DNA of 64,000 nt from Blastocystis sp. Blastoise (taxonomy: Eukaryota; Protista; Bigyra: Opalinata): positions 1,057,102 to 1,121,101 of the forward strand of contig JBBPEB010000030.1 in NCBI GenBank assembly GCA_039096225.1, read 5' to 3'. Below are positions 44,201 to 53,694 of this stretch, one piece after another. Both the position numbers and the translations under genes were made by a program. The stretch's first letter is position 1. Each line of letters opens with the position of its first letter. The notes beneath the pieces are model-generated. The model had not been told where the DNA came from, searched no databases, and saw only the letters and a program-made list of their open reading frames with translations.

Positions 44201-44475
44201 AAAATTATAAAAAAATTTTTATATTATTTTTTATTATTAAATTTTTGTAAACATATTATTTATATTATAAATAATAATAATAAAATAATAATAATAAAAT
44301 AATATTTGATAAAATAAAATAATTTTAATTATATATATATATATTAGTGGTTTAGGGTTAGGATTTAAAATGAATATAAAATAATTTAGGGTTATGATTT
44401 AGGGTTAGGTTTAATATAAAATAATGGTTTTAGATTTAATATAAAAAATAATAGATTAGTGTTAAATTGAATATA

Positions 44476-44503
44476 AGGGTTAGGGTTAGGGTTAGGGTTA
44501 GGG
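44476..44503 (+). repeat. interstitial telomeric tract AGGG(TTAGGG)4
   Basis: Perfect hexamer repeats replace the rest of the last spacer; unique sequence follows. Confidence 0.9.
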
Positions 44504-44777
44504 AAATGATAATATAATGTGGTAGAGTTTCTCTTTTTTTTATATTTATATAAGGGTTATCTTTTTTTAATTGGATAATTTTTTTTTAAACCAATAAAAA
44601 TAGGTTTTTAACTTTGGATTTTCTGTATTTTTAATATTTAACTTAGGAAAATAGGAATGTAGGATTCTAGGAATATAGAAATATAAAAATTAACCAATGA
44701 AATGAATAATTTTTATATTTAGAGAAACTAGTGACCAAAGTAGTCTTAGGGTAAAATCTGTAATTTGATTGGTTCGT

Positions 44778-44833
44778 GGATTCTAGGAATCTAGGATTCT
44801 AGGAACCTAGGAACCTAGGATTCTAGGATTCTA
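44778..44833 (+). repeat. octamer tandem repeat (GGAWYCTA)x7
   Basis: ggattcta ggaatcta ggattcta ggaaccta ggaaccta ggattcta ggattcta; degenerate copies also at ~44643-44680. Confidence 0.8.
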
Positions 44834-45007
44834 AGAATTCTTTAATATGTTTTAGTAAAACCCTTGACTTTTGTCAATTCATTTTTTATTTATTTTAAAA
44901 TTTATGAATTAATTTTTATTAAACCTAATGATTTTTATATATTTATTTTTATATTTACAAGTTAGTATTATGTATATAAAAAAGTAAGGAGACGCCATTG
45001 TTGGAAT

Positions 45008-45402
45008 ATGTTTGAATTGGTGGTTACGTATAGTGTATGGATTCTTGTAAAAGGTGAGAATGTGGTGCTATTCATGGATCTGCTTGAAATTTTGCGTTTT
45101 AAGAAGTTTAAGGTAAGAATGGGAAGATTTCCAATTAGGTTAGGTGTTGTGTTGTTGAAGGTGATGTTATTGAATAAAAATTCGTAGCATCAGCATTTCC
45201 CATTGTCTTTGAGGTTGTTCCTTTGGTCTAATTTATTGTTGGTGATGCTATTTGTGAGTTTCTATATGAATAGGTGTTGTGAGTGGAAGTTGAGGTTTTT
45301 CAAAGGTATGTAAAAACTAGACAATTAACTTAATTGTCTAGAAATATTTTATATTATATATATTTTTTTATTTATAAAGTTTATATAGGTGGTCCTAAAT
45401 GA
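45008..45402 (+). other. putative spliced transcript, coding status uncertain (~103-codon frame with one internal TAG)
   Basis: GT-rich exon, GT-AG intron 45306-45388, ATG at 45008, TAG at 45185, and TGA-TAA-TAA at 45400-45408. High G at third positions argues against real coding. Confidence 0.3.
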
Positions 45403-46845
45403 TAATAAGTAAAAAAAGTATGTATATAAGTGATATTTATTGTTGAAACTATTTAAAATAGATAAAAAAAATATAACAAAAATTCAAAATTCTTTTCATT
45501 ATGCTTTCAACTAGAGGGTGTTTCACCCATCAAATAGGTATATATTTTTTATTTTATTCTATATTATTATTATATAGGTTGTGTGTGTATTGGATATATA
45601 TATAATATATAATAAAAATGAAAAAATGATAATAAAAAAAGAAAAATTGATTGAATATCAATTTTTTTTTTTTAATTTTAAAATTAATTTTTTAATATGT
45701 TTAAAAGATAATTATAATATAGTATGAATACAATTAATGTGAATTGACATATAGACACTATTTAAATAAATAAAAGTTAAATTTAAAGACATTTTGTAAA
45801 AAACTATGAATTCACTCATGTTGACTTGAAGAAATAAAAATGACTTTTATGAAGTTATTATAGACTAATAAACATATGTGTATGATAATAACTTGTTTTC
45901 TAAACAAAATAGTTTAATAATGTTAAGAATTGTGTGTATAAAAGAATATTTTAAAGAAAAATGTCACAGTCTATTAATAATAGAGTACTAAAGTCATTAA
46001 AAAGTTGAGTCATGAACAGTTTGAAGATAGTTGAATGAGAGACTTTGACAAGATTTGTTTTAAATATTTTATAAAAACATGTTAAATGAATTTATAAAGT
46101 GATTATTAATAAGAATTAAACATAATAATAACTTTAAGAAAATAATTAATAAGAATGAGAAGATAATGTTTTAGTAAAGTATAAAATAAAAAATATATAT
46201 GATGACTAGAGATCATAATAAGTATAAAAATGAATAAATAATGAATATTAAGAGTATCAAAATAAATAAATAAATAAAAAGAAGAATTTTGAAAAGAAAG
46301 ATAAAGTTCTTATTGTAATTTTTCTTTTTATTCTTATTTTATTATTTTTAAATAACATATATTATTATTTTGAATTAAAATTGATACTATTCATTGAATA
46401 ATAGTCTATAGTATACACTAGTATGACTAAAAGTTGAAAAATAGACTAAAATATTTTTTAAGAATGGATGAATTGTGTGTAAACATAGTTATGTAGTATG
46501 CTTATATAAGTTTAATATGTTATAGTGAATATTTATAATTGAAAACATATGATAAATTAGTTTATTTTATATAATAATTTTATAATTACAAAAGTAAAAG
46601 TGTAAATATTGAGATATCAAGATGATATTTGTAATAAGAGTTGTAAATAAAGGTAGAAAAGAAAGAAATATTAATTAAAAGACTATATTACTATTTGAAT
46701 ATTTTTTAATTTCTTTCTTTTATAAAAAGCAATGAAACCTTTGATGATTCACTAACTGAATATATCTATATATATATATATAATAATAAAATATATTTGA
46801 TTATTTTGAGAGTATAGATACTTGAAATCTATATATAGAATAATA

Positions 46846-46918
46846 ATTTAAGTCAGGAATTGAACCTGAAATATATATATATATATATATATATTCTATC
46901 CATTTATAGAACTTAAAT
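46846..46918 (-). ncRNA. tRNA-like (mascRNA-type) cloverleaf element E1
   Basis: ATTTAAG / TTCTAT-AAATGG-ATAGAA / (TA)n arm / TCAGG-TTCAATT-CCTGA / CTTAAAT. Confidence 0.7.
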
Positions 46919-47060
46919 AATAAAATAATAATATATTTTAATATATTAAATTCATCTTCTATATATATATATATAATAGAATTATAATATAATTTAATAG
47001 AAAGAAAAATAAATATAAATAATATATATACATAATAATAGAATTATAATAAAATATAAG

Positions 47061-47130
47061 ATTTAAGTCAGGAGTTGAACCTGAATATATATATATATAT
47101 ATATATCTCCATCCATTATGGAGCTTAAAT
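47061..47130 (-). ncRNA. tRNA-like (mascRNA-type) cloverleaf element E2
   Basis: ATTTAAG / CTCCAT-AATGG-ATGGAG / (AT)11 / TCAGG-TTCAACT-CCTGA / CTTAAAT. Two compensatory D-stem pairs relative to E1. Confidence 0.75.
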
Positions 47131-47220
47131 ACAACCAAAAAAGGGTACTAATAAAGTTCAATAGAAGTATATATTAATATAAAACAATATATATATATAA
47201 ATAATATAAACAAACAAATA

Positions 47221-48062
47221 TATATAAAAAAATAATATATATAGAATAAAATGTAGCCCATACGACCAAGAACAATCCCAAAACATATAATAATGACTAA
47301 AGAGAGATATAAATAAATAGTATCATATATGAAGAGAAAAAAATTACTATAAAATAGAAATAATTATATAGTTGAATAATAATAATTATATATATATATA
47401 TATATATATACCTTTTAAAGAATGAATAAAATAATATCCAGGTACTAACTGCACTATAGAGCCTATATAAAGAAAAAATAAGAAAGAATTAAAATAAAAA
47501 TAAAAATATATATATGATATATCTATATACCTTTAGCCTCAAAAGGATGACGACCATCAGTAGAAGACTTATTAACAACAGAAGAACCTATATATAAATA
47601 AAAATATAAAAATAAAAACAAATGAATGACAACATACCTTCAAGACCATGAGTGGAGTTCATATCATCATCAATGGCACCAGCAACAGAATCCACAACAA
47701 CAGAAGAACCTATAGATAAATAAAAATATAAAAATAAAAACAAATGAATGACAACTTACCTTCAGGACCAGACGATAACCTTACACCGTCATCAATACTG
47801 GACACCATGGACATAGAAGAGTCTAAGATAATATAAAATAATAAAAAAAAGAAAGAAATGAATAAATATATACCTTCAAGACCATATTGATAAGGACCAT
47901 CACCATCAACGACATCCATACTTGTATTCATTTGAGTAGAAGAACCTATATATGAATAATAAAAAAATAAATACAATACATACTTGACCTTCTCCGAGAA
48001 AGGTAATTTTTTTTGTTCAAGGACCTCCGCCTTGATGACAATCAGCCTTTTCTAGGCATCAT
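47221..48062 (-). CDS. 7-exon hypothetical protein with Ser/Asp/Gly-rich repeated exons and a hydrophobic C-terminus; TGA at codon 7
   Basis: Six GT-AG introns (five phase 1, one phase 2) keep one frame: MMPRKG*LSSRRRS...SSTQMNTSMDVVDGDG...GLE|DSS...GPE|GSS...GLE|GSS...EAK|GSIVQLVPG...|...LVIIICFGIVLGRMGY. The true start may be a downstream ATG. Confidence 0.6.
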
Positions 48063-48315
48063 ATTTATTAATTTAATAAAAAATAAGTATTTTTATATAG
48101 AAAACGAAAACACATTCATATTTGAACTTTTGTAAAATAGGGTCAATATTTAAAATATGCATCTTTAAAAATATTAGGAATCATAATTAACCTTGAATTT
48201 TCATTAATTTTATTGCTAAACTGATAATTGGGTCATTTTTTGTTAAAAACATTTTGGGTACCCAAAAACTATAGTTTTTTACATTTTTTAATTATTTGTT
48301 TATATTAAATAACTA

Positions 48316-49456
48316 AGTATGTTTTATTCATTAATTTGTTGTTGTATAGTTATATTTTTTATATTTATTTATATATATATATTTATTTATTTAAAATAAT
48401 ACACTTTTCTATAGGATTCTCTTGTCTTTGCCTTGGTTGTGGTGTTAAGTGGTTCTTGAAGTGGTCCTGGTTGTGTCAAATGGATTATTTCGTGTCAGGT
48501 ATACAAATATATTATTTATTTCTTAACCTCTGCTTATTTTTTACTAATTGTTTTTTGTTATTATTTAATTTTATTATCTATTTTATTTATGTGTGTATTT
48601 ATATCATTTATTAAATTATTTATTATCTATTTTTATTCTATAGGAAAAAGAAAAGTAATGGATGTGTTGAGGTCTTCATTTCTCGATGTTTTTTTATTTA
48701 CTCTGTGGTATAAAGTTTATCTATTAGGTATATATTTATTTATCTATTTATTTATTTACTTATTTATTTATTTATTTATATATATATATATTTATTTATC
48801 TATTTATTCATTTATTTATTTATTTTCTATTTTTTATAGGTTTAATAGTCTTCTTATTTTTCTTCCTTCTTTCTTTTTCCTTCTTCCTCATACTTCATCC
48901 TTTCTTCTTCTTACTTCCTGCTTCCTACTTCATTCTTCCTTCTTCTTCATTCTTCCTTCTTCTTCCTTCTTCCTTCTTCCTTCTTCCTACTTCCTACTTC
49001 CTACTTCCTACTTCCTATTTCCTACTTCCTACTTCCTACTTCCTAATTTCTACTTCTTCTTTCTTCCTTCATCCTTCCTACTTCCTACTTCCTACTTCTT
49101 CTTTCTTCCTTCATCCTTCCTTCTTCCTACTTCCTACTTCCTACTTCCTACTTCCTACTTCCTACTTCATTCTTCCTTCTTTCTTCCTTCATCCTTGATT
49201 TTTCCTACTTCCCCATCTTTGATTCTTCTTACTTCCTTCTTCCCCATCCTTGATTCTTCCTTTTTCCTCCTTTCTTCTTCTTCATCTTTGATTCTTCTTA
49301 CTTACTTCTTCCTTCTTTCTTCTTCTTCCTTCTTCCTTATCCTTCCGTCTTCCTCCTTCATTCTTCCTTATCCTTCATTCTTTCTTCTTCTGACTTCTTT
49401 CTTTCTCATCCTTCATTCTTCTTTCTTCTTCTTCCTTCTTCTTCATCCTTCATTCC
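48316..49456 (+). other. spliced transcript divergent from the 48062 gene (lncRNA or small hydrophobic protein from ATG 48480)
   Basis: Three GT-AG introns (~48317-48414, 48499-48643, 48728-48839). The frame MDYFVS|GKRKVMDV...YLL|GLIVF runs into a polypyrimidine exon. Confidence 0.45.
48850..49456 (+). repeat. polypyrimidine low-complexity tract with (CTTCCTA)n and (CTT)n
   Basis: ~600 bp almost entirely C/T on the + strand. Confidence 0.9.
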
Positions 49457-49501
49457 TATTATATATATATATATAATTATTATTATTATTATTTAAATTC
49501 C

Positions 49502-49568
49502 CTTTATGCTCTAGAAGGAGAGAAACAATCATTATAGATTGTTTTCAGGTTCAATTCCTGACATGAAG
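49502..49568 (+). ncRNA. tRNA-like (mascRNA-type) cloverleaf element E3
   Basis: CTTTATG / CTCT-AGAAGG-AGAG / AAACAATC-ATTATA-GATTGTTT / TCAGG-TTCAATT-CCTGA / CATGAAG, followed by T-runs. T arm identical to E1. Confidence 0.75.
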
Positions 49569-50497
49569 TTTTATTTTTCTTTTTTTAAATAATTTATTTA
49601 CATATTATATATATATATATTATCTTTTTGACTTTATTTTCTTTTTTTTTTAAATTAAAATTTTAATTATCAATAATATATACATATATCTAACTTTACA
49701 TAGTTTTTTTAACAAATTATCCCAACAATCTTCAGAATGAGTAACAATCCATTCAAGCATAAAGTATTACTCATCATCAAGACTGCTTTTATCAATCAAA
49801 ATACATGTGTAAAACTTGATTTATTGATTTAAACTCAATTTTAACTATTAAAAGTAAACAAACCAAACACACATGTTGACTTTAAAACTTTAAATTCAAT
49901 GTTAAAAGCTTATTTTTATAGAGTGGACATGAAATACTAATTTAAACAAAAAGCAATGAAAACAATCAACTCTTGATACAACTTTACCATTTGACAAAAC
50001 ACTTATCCACAATATTTTCCAAAGTTCTTTTGTTAAAGTGTTTATATAGACATATTATGTATAAAATGAAAGTCAACTTCTTGAATCTCTTTGTTTAAGA
50101 TAGTCTTTAAAACATTTTGGCAAATTGACAACCTTTAACTTATTATTTAAAGCTAATATTTTAATATTAAACTTGATTTAAACACTTAAACACAACTGTC
50201 ATCATCATAACACTTTTAAAGACACTTTACCATTTGCTCATACACTTTGATCAGAATAGTTTCGTCTCTGAGTTTAACATAATATAGGTCATACACTCTA
50301 GTTTAATGAATAAACACTCTTATTTTGAATCTCGTCCTCTAAGTCACTCATTTGTACATTTTTTAAATTTAGACAGACATCTAGCTTTTTAAGAAAGGAT
50401 AAAATTTGAAAAATTAGAAATGAATTATGAATTCATATATATTTTTTTAAATTTGTTGTTTATATGAACATACTAGAACTGATTACAGTGATTATAG

Positions 50498-50980
50498 ATG
50501 TTTCTAAGCAGTGTTCATGATGTGTTAGTATTTATTTATAAAATTTATCATAGTGTTTTACATCATTCTTATAGGTTTTCCATTCTGGATATCCTCTTCC
50601 TTTCAGACATTCTCCTTGACCAGTTTTAGAAAGGTACATAACATGGACGCGTTGTTTTATTTATTATAAGGTATTTTATTACATTTCTTTTTTAATTCTC
50701 TTAGATTTCTTGGTTATTCTCGTCAGTACTTCTTCTAAATAACAAGTCAAGACAATATAGAGCGTATATAAATATATCTATTTAATTTTTTATTGCATTG
50801 GCACATTTCTCTTTTTTCTCTTTTCCTATCAAAAATATTCATTTGATTTTTAGTTACTCTATTCATATTTTATATATATTTACAATTTATATATTATATA
50901 GAAAAGTTATTTCTTACTCCATTCTTGAATCTTGTGGTTTCTCTGATATTTACAAATACCAAATACGATATCAGTTGTAA
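50498..50980 (+). CDS. 4-exon hypothetical ORF with one in-frame TGA (may be the 5' part of the fibro-slime gene)
   Basis: ATG 50498 and three GT-AG introns, all in phase: MFLSSVHDVL|VFHSGYPLPFRHSP*PVLERYITWTRCFIYYK|ISWLF...YRA|KVISYSILESCG... Confidence 0.4.
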
Positions 50981-51105
50981 AATAGTTTGTATATATATAT
51001 ATGTTTATTTATATGTATTTAATTATTTATTTTTATCTATTTAATTATATTATTAATATAAGAATTTATTTATTTGTATATAGAATATATGCATTATATA
51101 TATAG

Positions 51106-51338
51106 ATGAGAAATGAGTTGGTATTCGTGATTATAATATTCATTATACAGATAATTTTATTACAAAACAACCTTCAAATTATCCAAAGTATATATTTATA
51201 TTATATTTATTCTATTATTTTATATATATAGATATATATATTCAAATTTATATTCAAAAGAAGATAGAGTAGAAACAGTATGTGATAAAGTGAATGATTA
51301 TGCTGATAATAATATTCGAGCTTTTGTTGCTACTTCTC

Positions 51339-51382
<44 letters not shown>

Positions 51383-51810
51383 TTATATCTTCTAGTCCTA
51401 CATATTTTCCTTTAACCGATGTAAAAGGAGGATATGCATTAAGTCCAATAGAAGAATATATTGGTAAGAAATGCTGGCTTACTATGAAAACAAATCTATT
51501 CTTCTTGTATATTATTATTTTATATTTATATAATATTATTATTATATATATAGATATGAGAATAGAACAGATCAATTTATAGATTTTGAAACCAATAATG
51601 GATTATGGGTTTTTATTAATAAACATTTATTCTTAGATTATGGAGGGTATTTATATTATATATATTATTATTATTATTTATATAGTTATAATACTCCAGT
51701 TGGTTCTCATATTAATATAACGAATTATGCAGATAAATTAGGTCTTATTCCTGGAATCACCTATTCTATATCTATATTCTTTGCTTCTAGAACATGTGGA
51801 ACTCAATCAA
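51106..51810 (+). CDS. fibro-slime / PA14-domain protein (Dictyostelium Psi-like domain), multi-exon
   Basis: Spliced translation GIRDY...PTYFPLTD...WLTMKTNLFFLYENRTDQFIDFETNNGLWVFINKHLFLDYGG|YNT...DKLGLIPGITYSISIFFASRTCGTQS matches the 'WVFIN..L..D.GG.H...LGL..G.TY....F..ER' pattern. One splice-phase mismatch near 51339-51395. Confidence 0.7.
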
Positions 51811-51969
51811 GTATATATATGTTTATATATTATTATATATTATAATCTTTATTATTATACGTTTAATTATAATTATATTTTAGTTTATTAGTATATATAC
51901 AAAAACTATAAGAATATTAGTTTCTATATCTATATCTATTCATTGATATATATATATATATATGTTTAG

Positions 51970-52627
51970 AATATGAGATACAACTTGTTTTATGATTAGA
52001 ATTATATGTAAGAATAGCTATTGAACTTATTTCAATTGATATAAATATGTGAAGATTTATAGATAATAGAATATTCAAGTAAATATATATATTATTATTA
52101 TAATTATCTTTTAGTTTATTATTCTATTAATTATCAATCTATAGAATGAAGCTATTTTGTTACCTGATGTATCATTTCTTTTCGTCATTTATTCGTACAA
52201 TATACATTCGAAATAACTACTTACTTATTACTATAAGAATAAAAAGTATATTATTTATATTATATATATATATGGTATTTATATAATAACATATTTTTTA
52301 ATCCTCCGTTTCTAATTAATATTATGCACTTATATATAATAATCATAATAGGCTTTATATAAATATTTATTTATAGTTTCGATGTACATCCAGATATATA
52401 GAAGATTCTAGATGTTTCATCATGTGATTATCTCGTGGCTCCCTCAATTCCCCCTTTAACGGACACTATTCTCTGTATGTACCTCAAGTTATATGTTGAG
52501 GTATATAGAGATAAACAATATTATTATTAATATTATTACTCTTTATATAAATCTATAGAGGCTTCTTTATATGAATATATAACTGTATTACAACTATTAT
52601 TGGCAGATGTTAACCTTGGAAAAGATG

Positions 52628-52675
<48 letters not shown>

Positions 52676-53661
52676 GTTATTACTGTTATTACATATATAG
52701 TTTGAATACTTATTTTCTATGTATAAATTAAGCATATATATATATATATATAGTTACTCTCTTCCTTCACTTGAAACTATTTGTAATGAAAGGTGTATAC
52801 ATATATATATATATATATATATTATGGTGTATTTATTATTATTATATATATAGTTATTAAAATTTTTTACCAAGTGATTTTCCCCGCCAAATTGATGTTG
52901 ATGAATATATTAATACACTGAAATTTGCTGAAAAACGAAAAATGTAATTATTATTAGTTTTTATTATGATTTATTTATATATATATATAGTTATCAAGAT
53001 CCTTATGATTATCAAAAATTATATATTAATATATATATATATATTGATGAGATCAAATATTTAAAATAGAATTGATGTATATAATAATTTTATATATATA
53101 TATATATATAGGGAATAACTAATTTAACTACATTATTTCATGATCTTCAAACGATAAAGAAATCTGCTATTTATAAATCACTTGTTCAATACATACGAGA
53201 CAGAGTATATATATATTACTTATAATTATATATATATTACTTATTATATATAGGATATATTAGATGTGTTATTCCAACAGTGTTTAAATACACAAACGTT
53301 ACGATTGTCTCTCTCTCTTCTTCAACATATATGCACTGTTATCCTTGTATTTACTTATTATTATTATATTCTTTATTATTATTATATATATACATATTCT
53401 TATTCTTATATATATAGTTAACAAATAAGAATATTGATATATTTTATGAGGCTGCTCATAATAACCGTATATATGAATCCATTCAAGCAACTACCATTAT
53501 ATGTCAACTACTCCCTCTCTTCCCTAATCAACGTATATATATATATAACATTATGCTTTTTATTATTATATATTCTTATATATAGAACGTGAATATTTAC
53601 AAAGTTTATTATTGAATACATGTGATAATATATGTACAGAACAAGTATATATATATATACT

Positions 53662-53694
<33 letters not shown>

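Larger units (their letters stand above)
2859..44503 (+). repeat. 5S rDNA tandem array: 52 complete genes plus a final partial spacer, unit ~775-830 bp (mean ~797)
   Basis: Each unit is (TA)n, a telomere-like TTAGGG/TTTAGGG block, an AATAG/AAT-rich upstream region, 5S, an oligo-T terminator and a T-rich spacer, repeated head-to-tail. Confidence 0.98.

Noticed and set aside
3082-44250. Repeated 66-90 aa ORFs (MAVLK..., MIWPF..., MWGTRR...)
   Set aside because: They start inside the 5S gene and run through AT low-complexity spacer; they frameshift freely between units and consist of F/I/L/Y
2859-44503. CRISPR-like repeat-spacer array
   Set aside because: The conserved 119-nt unit is 5S rRNA, spacers are near-identical, the context is eukaryotic and there are no cas genes
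48589-49476. 295-aa F/L/S/P ORF as a single-exon protein
   Set aside because: Runs through introns and a pyrimidine tract that cannot contain stops
49523-49544. E3 as a UAA-suppressor or frameshift-suppressor tRNA (TTA in loop)
   Set aside because: The loop is 6 nt (8 if the last pair opens), lacks U33 context, and paralogs carry (AT)n at this position
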